Of a stretch of DNA of 64,000 nt, positions 1 through 11,532 are shown piece after piece. The notes beneath the pieces are model-generated. The model was not told the DNA's origin. It saw only the letters and a program-made list of their open reading frames with translations, and did not search any database. Every line of letters starts with the position of its first letter. The first letter of the stretch is position 1. The position numbers and the translations under genes are program-made. The stretch spans positions 67,146,001 to 67,210,000 of the forward strand of contig NC_043000.1 of assembly GCF_006345805.1 (NCBI RefSeq), read 5' to 3'. This stretch comes from Octopus sinensis. Its lineage: Eukaryota.

Positions 1-903
1 TTCAAGACCAACACTTTTGAGGAGAGTGGACGACTTGATTTCATCAACGACAGTGTTTCATAGGTACTTTATTTTATCGCACCCGAACTGGGATATATAA
101 TCCAGGCATTCACCGCATGAATCACTACTACGGATGATGGTTATCTAAAATCTGAAAAGTGGGAATGTCTCTTAAGACACCACTGCTCCAATAATCCCCA
201 AATCTACAAACCATTCGAAGAATGGAGTTAGCAAGTTGCATTTATTTCTTAGTTTACAATTATTTCGCCGATTTCCATTGTAACCAATCTTGCAGCATGT
301 CGTTACCAAATCATTAATTGTAGATATGGTAATGACACGATGCAAGAATGGTAATAATAGAAATCGGTGAAACAATTGTAAACCAAGCAATAAATGCTAT
401 TTGCTTACTCCGTTCTCCGATATCTTTTATAAGTGTGTGTATGTGTGTGATAAGTTTCACACACAAGCAGATGCACAAACAAAAACATATACATGCTCGC
501 CCACGCGAATTCTGAGTTTCTTGAAGCGCAATGTCTTCCGGTTTACTGTTTTAGACTCTTATTGATCTCAACCATCAAATTTTGATCTCCTTCAATAGTG
601 TGTTAATTATGTTAATATATTATGTTGTATCCGGTTAGTGAGAGATTTTGACGTGGTTGACTTCAATTGTGTCTCCACGAATAATGTAAATTTATCCGGT
701 ATCATATGCATTTCAGTGATATTTGAATATTTTGAAATCCACTCCATGCAGGTTCCTCATGTTGTGTGAGATTGTATTGAGTAGATGGGCTATTGTAGTA
801 TTTAGTTAGAATCTCGGGAAAATACGGAATTGTTAGTCCTATGTAATGACACACAATTTTTTATGTGTAAGTTTTTGGTGCGAGTACTATTTATTTTTTT
901 ATC

Positions 904-1139
904 TTTAACTTGTTTCAGTCACTAGATTGCGGTCATACTGGGGCACCACATTGAAGAATTTTTAGTCGACCGCAGCTCTTAATATTTTACTAAACCTGGC
1001 AATTATTCTTTCGGTCCCTTGCCGAACCTCTAAGTTACGGGGACAAAACACACTAGCACCGGCTGTCAAGCGGTGGTGGGACACACACACACACACACGC
1101 ACACACACACACACACACACACACCACACACACACACAC

Positions 1140-1171
<32 letters not shown>

Positions 1172-1348
1172 TACACATACACGCACGCACACACACACAT
1201 ATAGGACGGGCTTCTTTCAGTTTCCATCTACCAAATCCTAATCTACTATATTAGAAGACACTTTTGTCCAAGATGCCACGCTGTGGGACTGAAACCGGAA
1301 CTGTGTGGTTAGGAAGCAAGCTTGTTATCACACCGCCACGTTTGCGCC
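904..1348 (-). mobile_element. tRNA-derived SINE, octopus OK-like family, with internal (CA)n
   Basis: The reverse complement has the head GGCG..GTGGC(G/T)GTGTG..AAGCTTGCTT, a B-box-like GGTTTCAGTCCC, the CORE-like CTTGG(G)CAAG, an internal microsatellite and the tail GACTGAAACAAGT. It is homologous to more than 10 other copies in the window. Confidence 0.85.
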
Positions 1349-1602
1349 TCTGAATAATTTCTCATGTAAATTATTCCATGTTCTCAATTGTTTCTTATAG
1401 CATTGCATAAATGCTATATTCTATGTGAAGAATCATCGGATGTCTACCATGAGAGCGCAACAGAACTATAGTTATGAGAAGTATTCCAACCTACGGCGAC
1501 AATGTCTCAAGATCTATCATGTTGGTTTTTTGTGCGCTTTTGTAAAATACCAGTTGTTAGTATTTTTCTAATTGCTATTAACTGGTCTCGCGCAGACACT
1601 AA

Positions 1603-1854
1603 CTCTTTTACTTGTTTCAGTCATTTGACTGTGGCCATGCTGGAGCACCGCCTTTAGTCGAGCAAATCGACCCCAGGAGTTATTCTTTGTAACCTTAGTA
1701 CTTATTCTATCGGTCTCTTTTGCCGAACCGCTAAGTTACGGGGACGTAAACACACCAACATCGGTTGTCAAGCGATGTTGGGGGACAAACACAGACACAC
1801 ACAAACACACACACACACACACGCACACACGCACACACACACACACACACGCAC

Positions 1855-1885
<31 letters not shown>

Positions 1886-2091
1886 GCACACACGCACACA
1901 CACACACATATATAAATATACATATATACGACGGGCTTCTTTCAGTTTCCGTCTACCAAATCCACTCACAAGGCTTTGGTCGGCCCGAAGCTATAGCAGA
2001 AGACACTTGCCCAAGATGCCACCTAGTGGGATTGAACCCGGAACCATGTGGCTGGTAAGCAAGCTACTTACCACACAGCCACTCCTACGCC
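1603..2091 (-). mobile_element. Full-length OK-like SINE
   Basis: The minus strand reads GGCGTAGGAGTGGCTGTGTGGTAAGTAGCTTGCTT...GGTTCAATCCC (A/B boxes), then a (TA)/(TG) tract and the 3' tail ...GACTGAAACAAGTAAAAGAG. Confidence 0.9.
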
Positions 2092-2616
2092 TATAACACT
2101 AGGATTATTCTTACTGCTGCCACTTAGTATTCACTCAGCAATGTATTTGATGAATGACAGCTTTTGTCGTTGGATAGCATCTGTTATTTCCTATTTGCTT
2201 ACCCTTAGAAAGTATGAAAAACTGCTAATATTTCCGTCGAACTTTGCTTTTGTTAATCTGTTTAAACTCCAAAGAATCCCTCTCAACACATGGGTGTGAT
2301 GCTCTTCAGCTACACTACTGCTCAATATCAGAGATGCATATATTGTCAGCTACTAAAAGACATGCTCAAGTGGTAAAGGTCAGGCAGCTGACAAGCAAAT
2401 CAGTGGTATTGAGCAGAATATTTGATATAACGATATTTCTGCTTAAGCAACTCAGCACTGAATCAGTCTGAAATGTAATGGAAAATGAGTCAGTTTCAAA
2501 ACGCTGATGTCCAGTTTACAAAAGCAAAGTCTGAAAGGAATAGCGGTCATTTCCTTTGATTTCTACATACGAGCAAATAGGAAATAACACTAACAGACTA
2601 AAGACAACTAAATGAA

Positions 2617-2647
<31 letters not shown>

Positions 2648-3121
2648 AGTTTTGTTACTCAGAGCCATTAAGCGCTTGATATTTTCTAACAACATTTTGT
2701 ATAATTTTAATCAACTCAAGTGTATTAGTATATAACATCGAGATCCTTACGTACGCTTTTGATTTCATTAGAACTCTTGGTTGCTATTGGAATTTTGGTA
2801 TAAACAGTATAGTTATTTAGTGTTATTTTTGAAATTAACCATACAACTGCGAGAGTAATTACAATCAATAAAGAGTCCAAAACTACTTCTTAAAGTATTC
2901 CAGATTGGATCATTGACATTATTCAAAGAGTACCATATTAACTTCTGTTCCTTAGCATCATAAGTTAAATAATCTCTCCCAGTTTTTTTAAACTATATTG
3001 ATATCCCGTAGCTTGCGCCCTATTCGTAATCAATGTGGTCGAAGCTATTAGCCAAGTCTATGCGTGCTGCATCAATTCTTGATTGGCTAACCAGCTTTCT
3101 TTGCCAGACATGAATACACCC

Positions 3122-3260
3122 GTATGTATGTATGTATGTATGTATGTATGTATGTATGTATGTATGTATGTATGTATGTATGTATGTATGTATGTATGTA
3201 TGTATGCATGTATGTATGTATGTATGTATCGCACACGCACACACACACACACACACACAC

Positions 3261-3302
<42 letters not shown>

Positions 3303-3306
3303 CATA
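3122..3306. repeat. Compound microsatellite (TATG)n-(CA)n-(TA)n
   Basis: Read directly from the sequence. Confidence 0.95.
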
Positions 3307-3333
3307 CTTATACACACGTGCATGTCTGTATAA

Positions 3334-3656
3334 GGCACATAGCTCAATGATTAGAGCATCAGGATGACAATCACGGGGCAGTGAGTTTGAATACCGGACC
3401 GGGCTGTGTGTTCTGCTCTTAAGCAAGACACTTTATTTTACTCATCTGTAGAAATGAGTTGCGATGTCACTGGTGCCAAGCTGTATCAGCCTTTGCCTTT
3501 CCCTAGGATAGCATCGATGGCGTAGAAGGGGGGGGGGCTTGTATACTGCTGGTCTTCCATAAACAACTGTGCTCGGACTTGTGCCTCGGAGAGTAACTTC
3601 CTACGTGCAATCCCATGATCAATTATGACAGACTGAGCCTTTATCCTTTACCCTTT
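3334..3656 (+). mobile_element. tRNA-derived SINE of a second family
   Basis: A-box-like TAGCTCAATGA, B-box-like GAGTTTGAATACC, CORE/Deu-like CTTAAGCAAGACACTT, and a simple-repeat tail TTTATCCTTTACCCTTTT. Confidence 0.65.
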
Positions 3657-3699
3657 TTATAAATATATACAGGAGCTTCTGGTTCCGGTCGTTTAGTTT

Positions 3700-5416
3700 T
3701 CTTCACTCACCTATAGAAGTCGCCACGCTGGTCTACAGCGGACGAAAGTTGTTACTGAAAGAGGCTCTATTGTAAGGTAAGATTTTATGCTTTTTGGGTA
3801 TAGTGGGGGTTCGTTGTTTGTGATATTTATTTTTGCACAAGTAAGGAGTCCTCACTGCAGTGGAGCATTTTTTTTTCTCACTTAATTGTGAGAATTGCTG
3901 TTTGGAGGCGTATGCTGCCTCCAAATTTGATTTAATTTGAGACTTGAACGGTTAATGTTTTCACATGGCAAAGAACAAAGAGAAACTTATAGAATGGAAA
4001 ATAACACCACCCAAAAAGTGGTTACAGGAATTTAAAAAGAAGACGGTGGTGTTGAAGACTTACTCCAAGTCCCTCGACACCATCGTCATCTTTGGAAAAA
4101 AAAAGGATTGAGAAGGGGTTGGCAGAATATATGCCAACCATTAAGTTTATCTCTCGGGGTGGGGGTCAAATATGCAACGGTGTGGTTGCTGTTTGCCTCC
4201 CTCTAAGAGGCTTGCGAATTCGCGAGCCAGCCCCAGGAGGGCAAGGAAATTTTGTTGACGAGGGCTTGGGTCTGCGGTTTGCCACCCGGAATTGAGCCAG
4301 AGTGGATAGAGGATACTATCCGCCGGGGTCTAGGTGGCAGCAGTACCAAGCTCCTCATTGTGAACATTCTGCCTGAGGCTGATTGGGAGTGATCAAAAGC
4401 TGTTTTGACCATATGGACCCAATCAGCCGAAAATCTGGTATTTCCAGATTTTTTAAGAATGGCCGGGTCTAGGTATCCGGTGATACTTGAGGGATGCCCC
4501 CCCTCAAGTGTCACCTGTGCCTGAAACCGGGCCATATCAAAAAGAACTGCTCTAAGGACCAAAATAAGGCCCTGGAGTAGTTGATAAAGATACCACTACC
4601 GAAGGATCCAAAGGCTACGGAAGGGAGGGAGGATCTACTGGACAAAGCGGAGGAACTCCACCCTCCCGTAGGTCAAAGGAAAAAAAAAAGAAATAAAAAA
4701 GAAAAACGGGACATTGCCAGCGGTTTGTGATACACTGCCGGAGTGTCCCGAAACACCTTTGGTGGGAGTTGTGCCACCAACGGTGGAAACTGTACATCCC
4801 CCATGATACGGAGGAGGAATTTGTGATCCTCTTCCATAAGGGAGGGACATTAGAGGACTTTGTTAAGAAGCTCAAAACGAAGGGCCGAAGGGAGGAGATT
4901 CTGTCCTGCACGGAGGACCCTGACTGGACTTCGCAGGTGGCTGTGAAGGTCATGGGGGAGAACGACCTGTTCAGGATATTGAACTCCTTCCCTAAGGATA
5001 CCTTCAGATTCATGCTAAATTGGCCCGACTTGGTGCCGTCCAGTTGTTTAACTGAGGCGAGAAGTCTGGTTGGGCAGGAAGATTTGTAACTAATTAAAAT
5101 AATTACAACTTGGTGCCTCAGTTGTAATGTTTCATTTATTTATAATTGACTTGTGTAAGAGGTTTATTGTATCACAATGGCTTTTTGTGCTGTAAATGTA
5201 AGAGGTTTATTGCCTCCTTGATGTTTTACTATGTAAATGATTTGTTGCTTTAATATGATACTTATAAAGAATAATGTTCTCGGGTAAACAACAATTGGCG
5301 GGCGTTGCTGTTGCCCTCATTATTATCATATCGTCTATCATTTCATCTCATTATGTCCTTGTACAGCCCAGTTTCCTTTCTTTGTAAGGCCTTTATGGCC
5401 AATTTAATGAATAAAA
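3700..5416 (+). mobile_element. ORF1-only (HAL1-like) derivative of a Tx1/L1-clade LINE, with a frameshifted gag-like ORF1
   Basis: CCHC zinc knuckle CHLCLKPGHIKKNC at 4509-4550. The ORF1 C-terminus (4727-5089) aligns loosely with that of the element at 8440-11031. A 14-codon ORF2 start remnant MAFCAVNVRGLLPP* lies at 5177-5221. The 3' tail is homologous to 10990-11031. The 5' boundary is uncertain. Confidence 0.75.
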
Positions 5417-5556
5417 GAAGCTTGTTTCTCAACCACATAGTTCCTGGTTCAGTCACACTGCGTGTCATCTTGGGAAAGTGTCTTCTACTATAGACTTGGG
5501 CCGACCAAAGCTTTGTGAGTGGATTCGATTGACGGAAACCGAAAGAAGTCAGTCGT

Positions 5557-5592
<36 letters not shown>

Positions 5593-5680
5593 TATATATA
5601 TATATATGATATATTTGTGTGTGTGTATCTGCGTATGCCTGTGTATATCTGTGTGTGTGAGTACGTACGTGCACGTGTGT
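5417..5680 (+). mobile_element. 5'-truncated OK-like SINE abutting the Tx1-like 3' end
   Basis: Begins GAAGCTTGTTTCTCAACCACATAGTTCCTGGTTCAGTC, matching the SINE head from the G after GGTAA onward. Confidence 0.85.
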
Positions 5681-5930
5681 GTAATGCTACCATCTTTTGC
5701 AGTCTATAGGGTGCTAGTGTTAAGTATAGGCGATAACATTTTGAAGAATGCTGTGAGAGTCAGTGAAGATCAGTTTACCACACTCTTGGATAGCTTTCGC
5801 GGGAAGCCCTTGGAGAAGAATGAAGTAAAAAAAAGGGTCCACGTTAAAAAGATATATAGCTAAATGGAGTCCCTGCAGAAAGGCACCTATTCGTTCAGTA
5901 CATATATATACAGATATGTATATACATACA

Positions 5931-5994
<64 letters not shown>

Positions 5995-6239
5995 CATACA
6001 TTGGTAATCAGGATTATATGCCGGTGAAATTTGCTCTTATTGTAATTTTCTGAGAAAAAATAACTTCGGCTTTGAAGTACTCTCTCCTCGAGAGAGTATT
6101 CTCAACCAAAGTAGAAAAAACCCACTAGATACGGTATTAAAAGCTGTTAACGAAATTGGTGATAAGTATTTACAACAATGAAATGAACCCACATACTGGT
6201 ATGATATTCAAAAAGTAAATAAAACCGAAATGAAGAAAG

Positions 6240-8415
6240 TACCATAATTTTGAAGTGAGAGAAAAAGGTAACTGGTTTACGGAAGACCATCAATGTGATG
6301 ATGCTTATTGCATGCAAACAAACAAATCACTATAATTCCCACCAACAGAAAGTAAATAAGGAGATAGAAATGATGTTTGGAGACAGCAAAAAGAGGACAC
6401 TCGCTTGCAAACTGATTACCCTCAAGCAGGAGCTAAAAAAAATCCGACATCAGAAAAGAATAACTGAGAGAAGAACAATAGACAAAAAATTTTACCGCTC
6501 CAGACAGCAGTATATAGAGACATGAGAGAAGGAGCAGTAAACATCACGGAAGCTCATTCACGAGAAGACATAGACTCCTTCTGGAGGAAAATCTGGAGTG
6601 AAGAGAAGGAATTTAACCAAGGCGCTCTGTGGCTGGAAGAAATCCGAAAAAGTTATTGCTCCTGCGTTACATCTAAGACATACAACACTGATAGTAAAAC
6701 TCTTGCAAGAGTGATTCCAAAAGTCCAGGATGGAAAAGCACCTGGAAGAGACTTGATTGTTAGATATTAGTACAAGAAGCTAACATTCCACCAACCATAT
6801 CTTATCAATTTATACCAGCAAGCTTTCTTTGGGAACAGTAGCATACTACACTGTTTAGCTCTGGCAGAGACAACACCCCCTCCAAATCTCTGGGGATGTG
6901 CCGAGCAATTGTTAATCAACAAAACTATGATGTCAGAGGTTCGAGAGCATAGGAGGGACCTAGTATCAATGTAGCTAGACTACAAGAAAGCCTTTGACTC
7001 TGTTCCCCACTCATGGATGCTAGAAGCCCTCCAAGTTGCTAAAGTTCCAGTGAGAATAGTCATAGCCATAGCTGACCTGACTTCATCGTGGGCCGCCGTC
7101 TTGAAATTAAACACAAAGAGTGACTATTATCATCGATAGAATACAGTATCGCAAAGGCGTATTCCAAGGAGACAGCCTCTCTGTGATGTTGTTTATACTT
7201 TCTGTAAACTCTTTGTCATTCATGTTAAGGAAGTTTGAAGGATATCTCACTGGTTCACAAGGAAACGGAAATAACAAAATTACACAATATTTCTTTGTGG
7301 ATGACTTAACCCTTTATGAAAAGAATATACATGAGATGAAAACTTGACCTAGTTACAACATTCTCAAAGGATGTAGGGTCGGAGTTTGGCCAGGATAAAT
7401 GTTGTTATATAAGAACCGAGCCATTGATATGAAAACCCGAAAAATACTAACAAGCACACATAATTTCCACATAAACAATGATTTAGACCGCCTCTACCTA
7501 AACGAAAACAAGGTGGAAGAGGCTTAACATCGATCCAAAATGCCTTTGAATGTCGCATCATATCCCCTCTGCAACATCTTTTAACCACCAAATATCGAGG
7601 TGCATCTCTTGACAAAGTTTGCATACATGAAGCTGATAACATTCTAAAGACATGGAAGGCAGCTCCTTGAGCAACACTCTTTGTCTGATAACCTAGAACA
7701 CATGCCCATAGAAGTCGCACGACTCTACCGCAACGTATGATCAGATGAAAAGATGAGTCTATATGAGTGGAAGACTATGCATGGATATGTTACTAGAAAG
7801 CTCCGAGATGATAGTAACATCGTTCATCGAAACAGTTTATCATAGACCAGATTACTACTTCCCATTTTGAAGGGTATGCGTTTGAATCTAGGAACAGGAA
7901 ATATCAATCAAATACCTGATGCACAAAAGGGATAGAGTTGTAAGAAAAGCGGTAAAATGTGACAACTGGTGCAGACTTTGTGGAGTTCACACTGAAGATA
8001 ACACCTACATCATAAGCAGTTGTCCGAAAATGTCATCACAATATTATCTACCGATGAGACATGGCGTTGTAGCTAGGACACACTATATTTAAATCCACCG
8101 GAAGGATAATTCCGAGGACAAAAAAATAAGAACTCACAATATGGCAGAAGCCATAGCCACTCATAATAAAAAGGAATACTGGTGGAATGCACCAGTGAAG
8201 ACCTCAATAAAATGTAAACACAACAGACCTGACATAATGATTTGAGATAGAGAGGAGAAACTGTGCACAGAAGTGGAAATTAGCATTCCAACAGATGTTA
8301 ACATAAAGCTGAAGATCAGTAAAAAAGAGAACACCTACGCTGAACTATTGAAAAATCTGCAGTTACTCTATCCTGTAATTATTAGGGCCCTGGGATATGT
8401 AACAACTGCCTAAAA
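6240..8415 (+). mobile_element. Degenerate R4/Dong-clade non-LTR retrotransposon (RT plus restriction-like endonuclease)
   Basis: FWRKIW, KAPG.D.I, DYKKAFDSVPHSW (6978-7016), RKGVFQGDSLS (~7150-7182), FVDD (7294-7305), LYLNRKQGGRGL, CRLC...C zinc finger (~7968) and RLE NRPDI...EISIP...K (8222 onward). Many stops and frameshifts. Confidence 0.85.
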
Positions 8416-8439
8416 CAGAAGATTTAAAACAGAAGAAAT

Positions 8440-11031
8440 AGTCCACAGGTACTCGTTGAGCCCCTTGAAAATAAAGGAGGTGGTACTTCTGTCAACATAC
8501 ATAGGGAGGCGCACTTCTTGTGTAAAGATGACAGAAGTGCCGCCTGAAATAGACCCGAGGGAGGTGTTATACAACAGAGCAGAAAAAAATCAAATTTTTA
8601 CAAATTACATGCTCTGCCCCTCAAACTTGGGTGGGACAAAGCAGACCGGGTGCTCGTGGGGGAGAATGTGACCATTCGAATACAGGAGGAGGGTAAAATG
8701 CCCACCTGTTATGAATGTGGAAAGAAGGGACACATTCGGCTCCCTTGTGAAGAGAGAAAGAAGGAGAAACTAAGGGATGATAAACCTTTACAGACACTAG
8801 GCCCTACAATTATGAAAAATAACCCCAAGCCTACACACACCCCAGCCCCTAGAAAGACAAACATTCCCACCACCCACTGTTGCGGTGCCGTCCCCAAAAC
8901 ACACAAACAAAACGACACAATCCCTGCAGACACAAGCCCCCACTCCCTTGATATCTGAGGCACCCAGTGTAAAGAAAAACATGACTCCTCCAGACGACAC
9001 CATGGAGGTGTCCGAGAGGGAGTGCACATTAGTTTGGAAACGGGCTCATGTGCAATCCCCACCCCACCCCCACAAAAACAGCACAGCACCACATGTTACA
9101 AAAAAAAAACGTCCCATCGCCCCAGAAAAGAAAGAAGACACCAAAGTCTTAATTGAATATAAAACTAAAGACATGTATATGGATGAGATTGTCGCCAATC
9201 ATCATCTCACAAACATTTTCCCAAACACAGGGACTTAAATGAAAGGTGTGCCTGTATAGGGGAAACCCTATACAGACAGTTAAAGGAAAGGCATCCTAAA
9301 AATTTCAGGAGGCTTGTGGCCCTGCCCGAGTACTTGAAGAAGGAGGAGAAAGAAGGGGCTGCCTTACGTGTGGTAAGGTCGGCCCCAACATCATCAGTCA
9401 AGGGTAAGTAGAGCCCTTGCTTTCTTCTCCACTGTATTTATGGCATCGCTTAACCTTGGATGTTTGAATGTGCGTGGTCTGAGCTTGAAGTGGAAACAAG
9501 CCTGTTTCTACGACGACCTCAGATCACACGATATGCATGTGATGGTTGCTACAGAGACCAAGCTGGACAGTCTACTAACCTTCTCACCCCTTCTGAATGG
9601 ATATGAGAAAATCATGACTCCTAGCCAGACTGGAGTTCGTGGGGGCGTAGTAGTATTTGTCCGTAAAGGCTTGGCTCTGCAGACAAGTACAGACTATGCG
9701 GACCCTGAAGGTGGGCTGGTCGTCCATGATGTGACACACAGCGGAAAGGCTTTCAGGTTGATCAAGATCTATGCACCCTATGCTAGACGATTACAAACTG
9801 ATTTTTATCGGCGCCTAGAGAACTTTATCGTGTCGTCGAAGACATTAGTGGTGTTAAGAGACTATAACGCTATCGGTGACGCACACATCGATAGCATTGT
9901 CTCGACCGATAGAAAAGTAAACTCGCATCTCGTAGATCTGCTGAAGAAATTTCAGTTAGCAGATCGTTACAGACTGGACCATCTGAACATGAGGGATGTA
10001 GAGTTCAGGCTAAAGTGCGAACATTGGGCCGTGAGGGAATTAATGTTGCCGGATGGGCCCGTGCGGTAGAAACACAGCGTGGCAATGATACCACAATTAG
10101 GTCTCTGATTGACGACTATGGGAGTTCGGTCGACGGATGGGACGAGATGTGTGAGGCGCTTTACAAGCACTTTGCAGGGTTGTTCGGGAGGAGCGGGAAG
10201 CTGGATCATGGTGAGGCCCTTAGGGACTTCCTCTCTGGCGGCTCGCGTCTCTCCGCATGAGAGGCTGAGTGCTGTTCAGGGTCAATCACAGTCGATGAGG
10301 TGATCGAGGTACTAAGAGTATGCCAGACTTGTTCGGGCACCTGCCGGCCAACGTTTACGCCAATTGGCCGCAGAATGGGAGAATTCCCAAGTTTGCAAGC
10401 CGAGGGGTGGTGACGCTGATCAGAAAGGACCCGAGCAAGGGGGACGAGATTAATAACTTCCGGTCCATAACTCTACTAAACACAGAGTTAAAGATTTTGG
10501 CAGAAGAACGTTCGGGCCTGGGTACCTGGATAATTACCAGAAATCTTTGGCTTGGCAGTGCTTCCGTGCGGCGTTACCAGTTTGTGATAAACTATCAATG
10601 TACGGAAGGGCCGTCTCACCGACATGTCCAAGGTGCGAGCAGGATAGGGAAGATCAGGCTGGAGAAGAGGTACCTGTCACAAGACAGATTCATGAAAAGA
10701 TGGAAGCCTGTGATAAGGAAGTTGGGAGCGATTGGCACCAGGTAAGTGGAGTCCAGAAAAGAAAGGGAAAGAGAGAGCAAGGGTTCTACCCTGGTCGGAT
10801 GCCTTTCCTTCAGGGAAGTCATTGCAAATCGCAATGAGTAACATGTCATAATGTAATCAATAAATAGTAATGTGTAATTTGTAAAGTGTAAATTATAAAT
10901 TGTTAGTTGTAATTTTTAAATTGTATTTATCGTCATAAAGTTTTAATCGTTATAGCAGCTACTACACCTTTTTATGTTTGTGTCTTTGTCCCCTCTTTGT
11001 AATGCCGTCATGGCAAATTTCATGAAATAAA
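8440..11031 (+). mobile_element. Internally deleted Tx1/L1-clade LINE (ORF1 zinc knuckle; ORF2 APE endonuclease, RT start, C-terminal zinc finger)
   Basis: CYECGKKGHIRLPC at 8707-8748. ORF2 from 9440 has NVRGL, ATET, IYAP and (G)DYN. RT start GVVTLIRK..KGD..NFRSITLLNTELKILA. C-terminal LAWQCFRAALP...CPRC. AT-rich 3' UTR ending in AATAAA. The RT core (QG, YADD) is absent. Confidence 0.9.
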
Positions 11032-11169
11032 GTAGCTTGCTTACCAACCACATGGTTCTGAGTTCAATCCCACTGCGGGGCACCTTAGGCAAGTGTCTTC
11101 TACTATAGCCTCAGGCCGACCAAAGCCTTATGGGTGGATTTGGTACACGGAAACTGAAAGAAGCCCATC

Positions 11170-11228
<59 letters not shown>

Positions 11229-11495
11229 ATATACATGTGTGTGTGTGTGTGTGTGTATGAATGTATGTATGTATGTGTGTATATGTTTGTGTGTCTGGGT
11301 TTGTCCCACCAGCATCGCTTGACAACCGATGCTGGTGTGTTTACGTCCCCGTAATTTAGCGGTTCGGCAAAAGAGACCGATAGAATAAGTACTAGGCTTA
11401 CAAAGAATAAGTCCTGGGCTCGATTTGCTCGACTAAAGGCGGTGCTCCAGCATGGTCGCAGTCAAATGACTGAAACAAGTAAAAGAATAAAAGAG
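11032..11495 (+). mobile_element. OK-like SINE lacking only the first ~24 nt, abutting the Tx1 3' end
   Basis: Begins GTAGCTTGCTTACCAACCACATGG and is complete through the tail GACTGAAACAAGTAAAAGA. Confidence 0.9.

Positions 11496-11532
<37 letters not shown>

Noticed and set aside
3334-3400. A/B-box-like motifs here and in other SINE heads as tRNA genes
   Set aside because: No complete cloverleaf, and each continues into a repeated SINE body.
3901-3925. 9-bp hairpin TTTGGAGGC/GCCTCCAAA as a terminator
   Set aside because: It lies in the 5' region of a eukaryotic LINE, and its function cannot be supported from one copy.
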